Below, in pieces: positions 36,992-46,953 of a DNA stretch of 64,000 bases. Every line of letters begins with the position of its first letter. Position 1 is the stretch's first letter. Location: contig JAMCYU010000009.1 of assembly GCA_023473585.1 (NCBI GenBank), positions 19,487 to 83,486 on the forward strand, in the 5' to 3' direction. The translations under genes were made by a program, and so were the position numbers. A model generated the notes under the pieces. That model did not search any database. It saw only the letters and a program-made list of their open reading frames with translations, and was not told the origin of the DNA. The DNA is from Patescibacteria group bacterium. Its GTDB lineage: Bacteria; Patescibacteriota; Microgenomatia; JAMCYU01.

Positions 36992-37576
36992 CTATTTGTT
37001 ATTTTGGTAATAACCCAATGCCTGGAGAACAATATCTAGAGTTTCGGTTGGTCCGTGGGAATAAGTATTAATGACCAGATCATAATATTTGGTGTCCCAA
37101 AAATCCGTGACCGGCACTTTGTAAATCCTTGACCATTTGGCTAAATTTTTCTCTTCTCTTTTTTTTAAATGCTCTTTGGCCTCATCGACGGTTAAAACAT
37201 CGCGGTTAACAATCCGGTCAATCCGTAGGGCATCGTCACACATTAATAAAACTTTAAGAACCTTTTTAAGACCTCTCATGTTCCATCCGGCAATCCACGA
37301 TTCCACGACATAATGCCCCTCGCCTTCTAACTTTTCTCTCATGGCCACGTCAATTTGATAATCAACCTCGTCCCCGTAAACCGTGGCAAAATGATGTTTG
37401 GAATCATGGGGATTACAAAGACCATGATCAATCGCGTATTGTCTTGACCATTCACCGCCAGAAAAAAAAGTAAAATTTAGAGGTTGCAAATCTTTTTTAA
37501 GATTGGTAAAAAGCGTCGTCCGGCCAACACCCGGCTTGCCGGAAATAGCAATGCTTTGGTATTTAAGTTCCTTCAT
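36992..37576 (-). CDS. P-loop nucleoside/nucleotide kinase (cytidylate kinase-like)
   Basis: IAISGKPGVGRTTL Walker A at the N-terminus. 194 aa. Confidence 0.4.
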   Translation of the reverse strand: MKELKYQSIAISGKPGVGRTTLFTNLKKDLQPLNFTFFSGGEWSRQYAIDHGLCNPHDSKHHFATVYGDEVDYQIDVAMREKLEGEGHYVVESWIAGWNMRGLKKVLKVLLMCDDALRIDRIVNRDVLTVDEAKEHLKKREEKNLAKWSRIYKVPVTDFWDTKYYDLVINTYSHGPTETLDIVLQALGYYQNNK

Positions 37577-37622
37577 GGCAAAATTCTATCCCAATTTGCA
37601 GAAAAAAACAAGAAGATTTAAC

Positions 37623-39113
37623 TCACTCGGGCTTATTTAAAACCACGGGTTTAAGACGCGTCATCGCTTCGAGCGCATATTTAACTCCCTGGACGCCCAC
37701 ACCCGAACCTTTAATGCCTAAAAACGGAAAGTGGTCCGGCCCTCGTTGCGGCTTACCGTTGATTTGAACCGTACCGACGTTAATTTTTCCCGCTAACCGA
37801 ATCGCCGTTCCTTCGTCTTGAGTAAAAAGACAAGCCTGCAGCCCATATAAGCTTTCGTTAATAATCCTGACGGCTTCGCTTAAATTTTGAACCCTGATTA
37901 AAGACAAGACCGGCCCGAAAGTTTCGACTTTAACAATTTCCCAGTAGGGTTTAACGTGATCTAAGATCGTCGGCTCAATGTATAAGCCTTTTCTCTTGCC
38001 CCCCAAAACAATTTCCGCGCCCGCCACCTTAGCCTTAATAAGCCTGTCCTCAACTTGAGTTGCTGTCTGAAGGCTGATAAGGGGTCCGACCATTTTGGTT
38101 TCTTTTTGGCGGGGATCCCCCATGCAAACTAGCTCTTCAATCACCTTGCCAAGTTTTTCTTTTAATTTTTCCATGACCGGATCAAGAGCTAAAACATATT
38201 TAATGGCCGTACATCTTTGACCGGAAAAAGCATAAGCGCCTTTAATGATTTCTTTCGCCGTCAGATCTAGGTCGGCATTGTCCAAAACGATGGCCGGATT
38301 ATTACCGCCGCATTCAAAAAGGAGCGGAATCATCCCCGCTTTGCGGGCAATTTTATCCCCTATCAAACTCGAGCCGGTAAAAGAAATCATCGAAACCTTA
38401 GGATGAGTCACTAAATAATCACCGATAACCGACCCCTCGCCGGTCACCGTATTCAAGATGCCGGGCGGCAAACCGGCTTTTTTAAAAATTTCGACTAAAT
38501 GAAGAGCCGAGAGTCCCCCCTGGGTGGGCGGTTTTAAAACGACCGCGTTGCCGGCAATTAAGGCCGGCGCGATCTTGGAGGCTGATAAATTAATCGGATA
38601 ATTAAAAGGGGCAATCGCCAAGACAACACCCACCGGAACTCGAGAAACAATGGCTTGTTTCCCTTTTTCATAGCCGGGGAAAGCGTCGGACTCCAGAATT
38701 TCCCCTTGTAAAGCCCGGCCTCCTTCAGCAAAATAATCAATGAGGTCGGCGGTTCTTAAGACCTCGTCCTCCGCTTCTATTAAATTTTTACCGATTTCCA
38801 AAACCAAAAAATCAGTCAGGTCGTCTTTTTGTTCTCTTAGCCAATCGGCAGCCAAATGAAGGACTTTTGCCCTCTTATCGAGAGGAACTTTTTGCCAGGC
38901 AAGTTGAGCCCAGTAAGCGGCTTCCACCGCTTCGTCAATTTCTTCTTTGGTCAGGCTTTGCACTTTGCCTATAACTTGATTTGTGACCGGAGAAATAATT
39001 TCAACGGTCTTCCCACTTTTTGAAGTCAACCATTCACCATCACAAAAGTATTTGTAGGTCGGGATTCCGCCAGCCGGCGGTTTGTCTTTAATTTCCTGAA
39101 AAAAATCGGGCAT
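37623..39113 (-). CDS. NAD(P)-dependent aldehyde dehydrogenase, non-phosphorylating GAPDH (GapN)-like
   Basis: ALDH-family length and motifs (FTGS, catalytic Cys in GQRCTA, ELGGK-like region). Confidence 0.75.
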   Translation of the reverse strand: MPDFFQEIKDKPPAGGIPTYKYFCDGEWLTSKSGKTVEIISPVTNQVIGKVQSLTKEEIDEAVEAAYWAQLAWQKVPLDKRAKVLHLAADWLREQKDDLTDFLVLEIGKNLIEAEDEVLRTADLIDYFAEGGRALQGEILESDAFPGYEKGKQAIVSRVPVGVVLAIAPFNYPINLSASKIAPALIAGNAVVLKPPTQGGLSALHLVEIFKKAGLPPGILNTVTGEGSVIGDYLVTHPKVSMISFTGSSLIGDKIARKAGMIPLLFECGGNNPAIVLDNADLDLTAKEIIKGAYAFSGQRCTAIKYVLALDPVMEKLKEKLGKVIEELVCMGDPRQKETKMVGPLISLQTATQVEDRLIKAKVAGAEIVLGGKRKGLYIEPTILDHVKPYWEIVKVETFGPVLSLIRVQNLSEAVRIINESLYGLQACLFTQDEGTAIRLAGKINVGTVQINGKPQRGPDHFPFLGIKGSGVGVQGVKYALEAMTRLKPVVLNKPE

Positions 39114-39173
39114 TAGTCAAATCATAGCATAAACTTTAAAAGGTGTCATTAAATGATGATATAATATCGCCAA

Positions 39174-41417
39174 ATGAAGAAAAAAAAGGTTTCTGCTCAT
39201 TTCCTCCTTGTGGCCTGGGAAAAGTTGCCCCCCCAAAAAAAAGACCGCTATGGTTTAACCGTTATTTTTTCTTTAATTATCATTTTTGCCTATTTTTTTA
39301 TTTTGCGTGATCTGCCTTTACCGACCAAACTGACGACTCGCGAAATACCTCAGACCACTAAGATTTTAGACCGTCACGGCACGCTTCTTTATAATATTTA
39401 TACCGATCAAAATCGAACGATGGTGAAGTTTGAGGAAATTCCCCTAAAGCTTCGTCAAGCCACCATTGCCATTGAAGACAGAGAATTTTATCGTCACGGC
39501 GGTTTTGCTTTTAGCGGCATCATCAGGGCCTTAAGAGAAATTGTTCTCCATCGCCAACTCCAGGGCGGCTCAACGATTACCCAGCAGCTGGTTAAAAGCG
39601 CTCTTTTAACGCCGGAACGAACCGTCCAAAGAAAAATAAAAGAAGCGCTTCTTTCTTATTTTGTGGACAAAATTTACAGCAAAGACCAAATCCTCGAGAT
39701 GTATTTAAATCAGGTTTCCTACGGCGGCACCGCCTGGGGCATTGAAGCGGCCAGTCATACCTATTTCGGCAAAAGCGTTAAAGATTTAAGCTTAGCCGAA
39801 ACCGCTCTTTTGGCGGGATTGCCGGCCGCCCCGACTTATTATTCTCCTTATGGCACTCATCCTGAATTAGCCAAAGCCAGACAGCACGAGGTCTTGCGCC
39901 GTATGGTCGAAGATGGATATATTTCGTCTGCAGAGGCTGAAACGGCCAAAAAACAAAAATTAAATTATTTACCCTTAAAAACAGATATCAAGGCCCCTCA
40001 TTTTGTCATGTATGTCAAGGAACAACTGATTCAAAAATACGGGGCCAAGCTCGTGGAACAAGGAGGTTTAAAGGTCACAACGACTTTAGATCTAGCTTTG
40101 CAGGAATTTGCCCAAAAGACCGTCGCCAGCGAAGTGGCCAGCTTAAAGGATCTTCGGGTTAAAAACGGCGCCGCCTTAATCACCCGACCCCCGACCGGAG
40201 AAATCTTGGCCATGGTCGGTTCCAAAGATTATTTTGCCGAGGATGAAGACGGCAACGTGAATGTGACGATTTCTTTACGCCAACCCGGCTCGGCCATTAA
40301 ACCCCTTAACTACGCGGTGGGTTTGGCTTCAGGCCAGATTACCCTGGCCAGTCTTTTTTTAGATATTCCGACTTGTTTTGCTATTGCCAATCAGCCTCTT
40401 TATTGTCCGGTCAATTACGACGGCAAGTTTCATGGTCCGGTGCAAACCAGGTTCGCCCTGGGTAACTCCTACAATATCCCGGCGGTTAAGATGTTAGCCT
40501 TAAATAAGGTGGAAACGCTGATTGCCACCGCTTCGGCCATGGGTATTTCCACCTTTAAAGACCCCTCAAGGTACGGCCTTTCCTTAACTTTGGGCGGCGG
40601 CGAGGTGACAATGACGGACATGGCGACCGCCTTTGGCGTTTTTGCCAATACCGGCATCAGAAAAGATCTCGTCTCCCTTTTAAAAGTCGAGAACAATCAG
40701 GGCAAAACCTTAGAAGAATACAAAGATCCTAATTTGAAAATTGATTTAAAAAATTTAACCTTCCCCTCAACTTTGCAGATTGACGGGCCCAGGGTTTTAA
40801 AAAACGAGGTGACATTTTTAATCTCTCATCTTTTATTGGATCAAAACGCCAGAAGCGCCGCTTTTGGCGAAAGCTATTTAAATATTCCAGGGAGAGCCGT
40901 CTCGGTTAAGACCGGAACCACGGATGATAAAAAGGATAACTGGACCATCGGCTTTACGCCCAATTTTCTCGTTGCCACCTGGGTCGGCAATAACGACAGC
41001 ACGGCGATGAATCCCTGGTTGACTTCGGGCGTGACCGGGGCGGCGCCGATTTGGTACAAAATCATGCGTGTTGTGTTAAAAGACCAACCCGATCTTTGGC
41101 CGCAAAAACCAGACGGAATTGTCGGCGCCAATATTTGTCAGCTTTCCGGCAAATTGCCAGGCGACTCCAATTGTCCGACCAGATTTGAATATTTTCTTGA
41201 AGGCACCGTCCCTAAAGAAGTTGAAAACCTCAAAAGACAGATTTTGATAGAAAAAGATACACAAAGACAAGCAATTTTTATTCAGGATCCGCAAGCGCCA
41301 CCCATTCCTCTAGAGAAATTAGAAATGAAAGAAAAACAGGTTGTCTCCGATCCTTTTACCCCGGAATATTGTCTTGATTGCCCCCACGACGGCGACCGGC
41401 CGGTGATTGTCAAATAA
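39174..41417 (+). CDS. bifunctional penicillin-binding protein 1A (GT51 transglycosylase + transpeptidase), copy 1
   Basis: EDREFYRHGG and QGGSTITQQL GT51 motifs. SAIK (SxxK), SYN and KTGT transpeptidase motifs. Confidence 0.9.
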   Translation: MKKKKVSAHFLLVAWEKLPPQKKDRYGLTVIFSLIIIFAYFFILRDLPLPTKLTTREIPQTTKILDRHGTLLYNIYTDQNRTMVKFEEIPLKLRQATIAIEDREFYRHGGFAFSGIIRALREIVLHRQLQGGSTITQQLVKSALLTPERTVQRKIKEALLSYFVDKIYSKDQILEMYLNQVSYGGTAWGIEAASHTYFGKSVKDLSLAETALLAGLPAAPTYYSPYGTHPELAKARQHEVLRRMVEDGYISSAEAETAKKQKLNYLPLKTDIKAPHFVMYVKEQLIQKYGAKLVEQGGLKVTTTLDLALQEFAQKTVASEVASLKDLRVKNGAALITRPPTGEILAMVGSKDYFAEDEDGNVNVTISLRQPGSAIKPLNYAVGLASGQITLASLFLDIPTCFAIANQPLYCPVNYDGKFHGPVQTRFALGNSYNIPAVKMLALNKVETLIATASAMGISTFKDPSRYGLSLTLGGGEVTMTDMATAFGVFANTGIRKDLVSLLKVENNQGKTLEEYKDPNLKIDLKNLTFPSTLQIDGPRVLKNEVTFLISHLLLDQNARSAAFGESYLNIPGRAVSVKTGTTDDKKDNWTIGFTPNFLVATWVGNNDSTAMNPWLTSGVTGAAPIWYKIMRVVLKDQPDLWPQKPDGIVGANICQLSGKLPGDSNCPTRFEYFLEGTVPKEVENLKRQILIEKDTQRQAIFIQDPQAPPIPLEKLEMKEKQVVSDPFTPEYCLDCPHDGDRPVIVK

Positions 41418-41451
41418 AATCGTCTTTAGGTTTTACTGAAGCCCTAAATAA

Positions 41452-41480
41452 TTGATTTAGCCCCTGATTTGTGGTATCAT
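41452..41480 (+). promoter_or_regulatory. sigma70 promoter TTGATT-17-TATCAT, near-leaderless
   Basis: The ATG at 41490 lies 9 nt after the -10. Confidence 0.45.
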
Positions 41481-41489
41481 TCTTCTCTT

Positions 41490-42272
41490 ATGTCTCCCGA
41501 CAATAGAAGAATTTACGAAAGCGAAGCCCGGGCTTTTGCCGATATTGTCCCTACTCTTTTAGAGGGAAAACTGCCTCCCGAGGATCAATTTAACATCAGT
41601 CTTAAAAGACTTCTTAAAGATCGCCAGGGAAACCAGCACACTGAAACACAAATTCAGGCTTTAAATTTATTACATCATTGGGTTGATACTTTGGCTCACT
41701 TTGGGGTCCCCTCTTTAAATCTTGAGGCGTTTACCGCGGAAATTCATTTGCCACCGGTTGAATCCGAACACTTGATCAAATTGGGCATTATTGTCAATAA
41801 GGAAATTATGACCCAAATCATGACCCGACGACGAAGAAAAGGTCTCCCTCCGGAAAACAGGGTTGTCGTCCGGGCTTTACAAGAAACGACCGTTGGCGGT
41901 TTAAAACCAAAAACAACCGTTTATTCTTTGCAGGAACTATATACGGTCACCATGCCGATTTTTAATAGCGGCGTGGAAGAACTGGATGTTATTAGAGAAT
42001 ATCTGCTCGGTCAGGATCAGGACGACAAGCCGACTCTTCTTTTTATGAACGAAAGACAAGTCCCCCATATTCATTTTCATCATGGTAACACAACTTATCG
42101 CTTAGACGCCGAAACTAATCCGTCTTATCTTCCTCATGAGGAGGCTAGAAAAAATTACCCAGAAGCAAAAACCGTACCCGCGCCAACTCCGGCCACCAAT
42201 GAAGAATTAGCCACTTTAATGGCCTTAGTTTACCACAGTGTCAAACAAGTTTTTGAAAGAAAAGAGAATTAA
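41490..42272 (+). CDS. hypothetical protein between the PBP paralogs
   Basis: I prefer the ATG at 41490 (MSPDNRRIYE) over the upstream GTG of the ORF track. No recognised family. Confidence 0.45.
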   Translation: MSPDNRRIYESEARAFADIVPTLLEGKLPPEDQFNISLKRLLKDRQGNQHTETQIQALNLLHHWVDTLAHFGVPSLNLEAFTAEIHLPPVESEHLIKLGIIVNKEIMTQIMTRRRRKGLPPENRVVVRALQETTVGGLKPKTTVYSLQELYTVTMPIFNSGVEELDVIREYLLGQDQDDKPTLLFMNERQVPHIHFHHGNTTYRLDAETNPSYLPHEEARKNYPEAKTVPAPTPATNEELATLMALVYHSVKQVFERKEN

Positions 42273-42316
42273 CCCAGCTTAACAAATCCCATAAGATATG
42301 CTAATATGCCACAGCT

Positions 42317-44581
42317 ATGGCAAGAAAAGGCAGGCCGGTAAAGAAAAAATCTCTCATGACCTTTTGGGATGTTTTGGTTTTGCCTTTTGTTTTGCTCTTC
42401 TTTTTTCTGATCAAAATCGGTGATACGGTCAGATGGTTTTTCAAGGTTTTATGGCAATTAATAAAAATCTTCCTAAGTTTAAGATTAAAACTCCCCCATC
42501 CTTATTTTCCCCGATATCGCTTACCAACTTTACCCAAATTAAGAATAAGTCTTCCGAAAATCAGTCTGCCTCAACCTCAAATTAAATTACCGTCCTTAAA
42601 GGGGAGACCGCAAGGGCAAGGGTTTATCCTGGGTGTTTTTTTCACTTTAATTTTTGTTTTGCTTCCTTACGAGACTTGGCTTATGTTAGAAAAACTCCCC
42701 CATCCTCAACTTTTAGCGGTCAGGGAAATTCCGGTCACCACTAAGATTTTTGACCGTAACGGCTTTTTACTTTATGAGATTTATGCCGAACAAAACCGTA
42801 CCCCGGTAACCTTAGCCGAGATTCCGCCCTTTTTAAAACAAGCGACCATTGCGATTGAAGATAAAGAATTTTATAACCATCTTGGTTTTTCTCCTCGGGG
42901 AATTTTAAGGGCGACCAGGGAAATTATTCTCCATCGCCGAATTCAGGGCGGCTCAACGATCACACAACAATTAATAAGAAGCGCCCTTTTAAATCAAGAG
43001 GTGACTTTGCCAAGAAAAATAAAAGAAATTATCCTTTCTTTCTGGGCAGAGAGAATTTACAGTAAGGATCAGATCCTGGAAATGTATTTTAATCAAGTTC
43101 CCTACGGCGGCACCGCCTGGGGCATTGAAGCGGCCAGTCATACCTATTTCGGCAAGTCCGTTAAAGATTTAAACCTCGCTGAAGCTTCTTATCTGGCGGG
43201 ACTGCCGGCCTCACCCAGTGTCTATTCTCCTTTTGGCATTCACCCGGAACAAGGCTTAACCCGTCAAAAAGAAGTCCTGCAAAGAATGATGGAAGACAGT
43301 TATCTTGATGAAACGGCAAAACTTAAGGCCGAAGAAACCAAACTTCAGTTTGCCACCCCCAAAACCGAGATTAAAGCGCCTCATTTTGTCATGTATATCA
43401 AGGATCTTTTGGAAAGAAAATACGGGTCAAGACTCGTCCAAATGGGCGGCTTAAGAGTCACAACCACTCTCGATTTACCAACTCAAGAAATAGCGCAAAG
43501 CCTGGTAACCAATGAGGTTGAAAGATTAAAATCCTTAAATGTCGGCAACGGCGCCGTCCTAATCACAAATCCGAAAACGGGTGAGATTTTAGCGATGGTT
43601 GGCTCTAAAGATTATTTTGGCGCTTCATCTTCTTTGTCTTTTAAACAATTTGAAGGAGCTTTTAATGTTACCTTAGCTTTACGCCAGCCCGGTTCTTCCA
43701 TTAAAGTCGTTAATTACGCTCTGGCTCTAACCAACGGTTTGACCGCGGCCACGGTTTTAGATGATACACCGGCAACTTTCCAGGTTCCGGGTCAACCGCC
43801 CTATACGCCTAAAAATTACGACGGAAAGTTCCACGGTCAAGTGACTTTAAGAGAGGCTTTGGCCAATTCCTATAATGTTCCGGCGGTGAAGATTTTAGCG
43901 CAAATGGGGGTTAAAAAAATGATTGAACAGGGCAAAAAAATGGGTATTGCTTCCTGGCCGGATGAAAACCGCTACGGTCTTTCCTTAACCTTGGGCGGCG
44001 GCGAGGTGACGATGCTGGATATGGCCAGGGTTTACGGCACTTTAGCCAATCAGGGGGAAAAAGAAGAACTGGTAAGTCTTCTTAAAATCACCGACTATAA
44101 AGGACAAGTTTTGGAAGAACATCGTTCTTCGCAGGGAGAAACCGTTTTGCCGGCCGGCGTTGCTTTTATTCTTTCTAATATTTTGGCTGATAACCATGCC
44201 AGAAGCGCGGCTTTCGGTTTAAATTCCCTTTTAGTCGTCCCCGGTAAAACCGTGGCGGTTAAAACCGGCACCAGTAATGATCTTCGGGATAACTGGGCCA
44301 TCGGTTTTACGCCTTCTTACGTGGTTGTCACCTGGGTTGGGAATAATGATAACAGCCCGATGAATTGGGTCGCCTCGGGCGTGACCGGCGCCACCCCCAT
44401 TTGGCAGCAACTCATGATCAATTTATTAAAAGATAAGCCAGATGAGCTGATTTTGCCTGGTGAGGATATTCTCAGGGCCGACGTTTGCGGTAAATCGGAA
44501 TATTTCTTAAAAGGAACGTTTAAAAATCTTTCCTGTCCGTCCCGCTTAACCGTTGAACCCTCGCCCTCCCCTCTACCCTAA
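42317..44581 (+). CDS. bifunctional penicillin-binding protein 1A, copy 2 (paralog)
   Basis: Same motif set as copy 1 (EDKEFYNHLG, QGGSTITQQL, SSIK, SYN, KTGT). Several stretches of 40-50 nt are identical to copy 1. Confidence 0.9.
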   Translation: MARKGRPVKKKSLMTFWDVLVLPFVLLFFFLIKIGDTVRWFFKVLWQLIKIFLSLRLKLPHPYFPRYRLPTLPKLRISLPKISLPQPQIKLPSLKGRPQGQGFILGVFFTLIFVLLPYETWLMLEKLPHPQLLAVREIPVTTKIFDRNGFLLYEIYAEQNRTPVTLAEIPPFLKQATIAIEDKEFYNHLGFSPRGILRATREIILHRRIQGGSTITQQLIRSALLNQEVTLPRKIKEIILSFWAERIYSKDQILEMYFNQVPYGGTAWGIEAASHTYFGKSVKDLNLAEASYLAGLPASPSVYSPFGIHPEQGLTRQKEVLQRMMEDSYLDETAKLKAEETKLQFATPKTEIKAPHFVMYIKDLLERKYGSRLVQMGGLRVTTTLDLPTQEIAQSLVTNEVERLKSLNVGNGAVLITNPKTGEILAMVGSKDYFGASSSLSFKQFEGAFNVTLALRQPGSSIKVVNYALALTNGLTAATVLDDTPATFQVPGQPPYTPKNYDGKFHGQVTLREALANSYNVPAVKILAQMGVKKMIEQGKKMGIASWPDENRYGLSLTLGGGEVTMLDMARVYGTLANQGEKEELVSLLKITDYKGQVLEEHRSSQGETVLPAGVAFILSNILADNHARSAAFGLNSLLVVPGKTVAVKTGTSNDLRDNWAIGFTPSYVVVTWVGNNDNSPMNWVASGVTGATPIWQQLMINLLKDKPDELILPGEDILRADVCGKSEYFLKGTFKNLSCPSRLTVEPSPSPLP

Positions 44582-44582
44582 A

Positions 44583-45071
44583 TTAGGTATGCCGGTCCGC
44601 AACCTTTGAAGCGCCGTAAGAAGAGGGTTTAATTTGCACTTTATAACCTAAGTTTCTGACCATGCCGACGACCTCATTGATCATCTCTTTGGTCTCGCCG
44701 TACTCGCCGATGTCAACGTGGATCTCAACGTCATAGCGGCTGATCCCGTCATGCTTGGTTTGTTCTAAAAACTTATCGGCCAAAGCCAAAGACAGGGTCG
44801 CCTCCTGATAAATCCTCTGGCGCAAGACGTAGGTTTTTTTCTCAATTTTCCGCTGCCAAAAATATATCCCGCCGCAACCGAGACGGTGGATGACGATCGC
44901 GGAGACAAAATCGGTTTCGGTTCCGTTTTTCGCTTGGGAATCACTGCCGATAACCACACGGTATTTTTCTTCCGGCCGTTCCTCCATAAACTTCAAGACC
45001 TTCTCCTTGACTTCAGCTAAACTTAAGGTACCGAAGGTAAAACTATTAAACTGATCCAAATCATTATCCAT
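44583..45071 (-). CDS. DUF458 (YkuK-like) RNase H-fold protein
   Basis: VVIGSDSQAKNGTETDFVSAIVIHRLGCGGIYFW matches the YkuK family core. Confidence 0.55.
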   Translation of the reverse strand: MDNDLDQFNSFTFGTLSLAEVKEKVLKFMEERPEEKYRVVIGSDSQAKNGTETDFVSAIVIHRLGCGGIYFWQRKIEKKTYVLRQRIYQEATLSLALADKFLEQTKHDGISRYDVEIHVDIGEYGETKEMINEVVGMVRNLGYKVQIKPSSYGASKVADRHT

Positions 45072-45119
45072 AAGAATAGCTGGAATTCTACCACTTTTGA
45101 GGCTTAAACTCCAGGCAGC

Positions 45120-45836
45120 TTAGGAAGCTAAATAAAACTCTCTTTGCTTTTGGGAAAACTTCTCAATGGCGTAGCGAAGCATGGTTCTGGGCATAGTCTG
45201 ATAATGTTTCTTTAAAAAAACCTCTTCTGCCTTTTGATCTTTCTTACCGATCTCCCTTAGCATCCAACCAACGGCTTTATGAATTAAATCATGTTTGTCG
45301 GTAAGTAAAATTTCCGCAATTTTTAAGGTGTCAACGAAATCGTTTTCCCTGATAAAAGCAAAAGTTGAGATAATCGCAATCCTTCTCTCCCACAAATTCT
45401 CACTCCTCGCCAACCTATATAATATCTCTCTACCAATTCCACAATTCCCATTATCCATTATCCAAATGTATTCTCCGATTATTTTTGGTGCCGAAATATC
45501 CACCAGGTTCCAATTGTTAATTTTTTTGGTGTTTTTTAAGTAGAATTTAAAAACCTCTTCCCTCTTTACCCTTTCTCCTTTCTTATACTGCCTAATCAAA
45601 ATCATAACAGCAAGTGTCCGTTCTTCGTGATATTGCCCGTTTAGAAGCTTCTGAAGGTCTGAAAAAGATAAATCTTTATACTTACCTGCTAAGTCCTGAA
45701 TCGGTCCGGTCATGATCCCTAAAAACTTGTCGCCTTCGCCGTATTCGCCTTTGCCGGTTTTAAAAAATCTCGCCAAAATCCTGGCTTTTTCGGGATTGGC
45801 TAATTTTTTGAGCTCTTTTTGAACTTGCAAAAACAT
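45120..45836 (-). CDS. DNA alkylation repair protein (AlkD/AlkC-like HEAT-repeat glycosylase)
   Basis: N-terminal LKKLANPEKARILARFFKTG and overall HEAT-repeat pattern, as in AlkD-family proteins. Confidence 0.65.
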   Translation of the reverse strand: MFLQVQKELKKLANPEKARILARFFKTGKGEYGEGDKFLGIMTGPIQDLAGKYKDLSFSDLQKLLNGQYHEERTLAVMILIRQYKKGERVKREEVFKFYLKNTKKINNWNLVDISAPKIIGEYIWIMDNGNCGIGREILYRLARSENLWERRIAIISTFAFIRENDFVDTLKIAEILLTDKHDLIHKAVGWMLREIGKKDQKAEEVFLKKHYQTMPRTMLRYAIEKFSQKQREFYLAS

Positions 45837-45983
45837 AATTTAATTATATAGAAAATAGTGGTATTTGTGTTAATTCTCAACCAATCCTGATTCCCATTAT
45901 CTATTGTCTTTTGAAGTTCCGATTCTCTGAGGCTCTGAAACTCTGATTCACTGGCGTACTAAAAGTATTGCCCTCAATTATTT

Positions 45984-46451
45984 TCATTTCGAAGTTAAAA
46001 CATGAAGTTTGTTCGCTAACCCTAATCCCACTTGTAACTCGCCTAAACGATTGAGCATATTCCCATGAATACTTTCTGAATAAGGTTCTTGTCTGCGTCT
46101 TTCAGAATTATGTTGATCAAACCTAAAAATGTCACGAACCAAAACCCTATTCACATAAGATAATCTTGTTGGGATATCAAAATCTATTCCCGCTTGTGCC
46201 AGCATGGCAAATTCAAGGCCCATTTCTCCATATTTCCCTTCATCAACACTCTTTTCTAACCTCCCCATAATGGAATTTCTTTCCCTTTGCTGTTCATCAG
46301 AAGATAAAGATTGATATTTAGAAGTCCATCTTTCTAATTCTTCTTGATCGTAATAACCAGCATGATCTTTAACAAATTTTTCCGCCCTACTTTGAATATC
46401 GGCTCGTTCTTGTTCTTCTTTGGGAATTTGTCCTCTTGCTTCTTCGTCCAT
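45984..46451 (-). CDS. hypothetical protein (155 aa)
   Basis: ORF only. Confidence 0.4.
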   Translation of the reverse strand: MDEEARGQIPKEEQERADIQSRAEKFVKDHAGYYDQEELERWTSKYQSLSSDEQQRERNSIMGRLEKSVDEGKYGEMGLEFAMLAQAGIDFDIPTRLSYVNRVLVRDIFRFDQHNSERRRQEPYSESIHGNMLNRLGELQVGLGLANKLHVLTSK

Positions 46452-46569
46452 ATGTTTTCAAAATTAAGTATATCTATATTTATTTTTAAGTCAAGTATCT
46501 TAAAATTTTTAGTTTCAAAAGGCGAGGCCTTACGAGGCTCAAATTTTGATAAGTGATAAACTATAAATA

Positions 46570-46869
46570 ATGAAATCTTTCAAAGAAAAAGTTTACGAGA
46601 TCACCAGAAATATTCCTAAAGGCAAGGTGGCAACCTATGGTCAAATTGCTTGGTTGGCTGGAAACAAAAAAGCCGCCAGAGCTGTTGGCGCGTTAATGAG
46701 AACTAATCCTAATGCGCCCCGTACTCCCTGCCACCGCGTGGTTTCTGCTGATGGATCACTAACAGGTTATTCCGGCAAAGGCGGAATCAAGAAGAAAAAG
46801 CAGATGCTTTTGGGTGAAGGGGTTATTTTTAAAAACGATAAAGTGGACAAAATTTGTTTTGTTTATTAA
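46570..46869 (+). CDS. ogt: methylated-DNA--protein-cysteine methyltransferase DNA-binding domain protein (MGMT/Ogt family)
   Basis: TYGQIAW...PCHRVV active-site motif. Only 99 aa, i.e. a stand-alone C-terminal domain. Confidence 0.75.
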   Translation: MKSFKEKVYEITRNIPKGKVATYGQIAWLAGNKKAARAVGALMRTNPNAPRTPCHRVVSADGSLTGYSGKGGIKKKKQMLLGEGVIFKNDKVDKICFVY

Positions 46870-46953
46870 TGTAAAATAAAAATAACCTTATCCCCGGCGC
46901 CGCCATGGTCTGGTCTTGCTTCAAACAACAATAAAAAAGAGATTTCGCGGATT

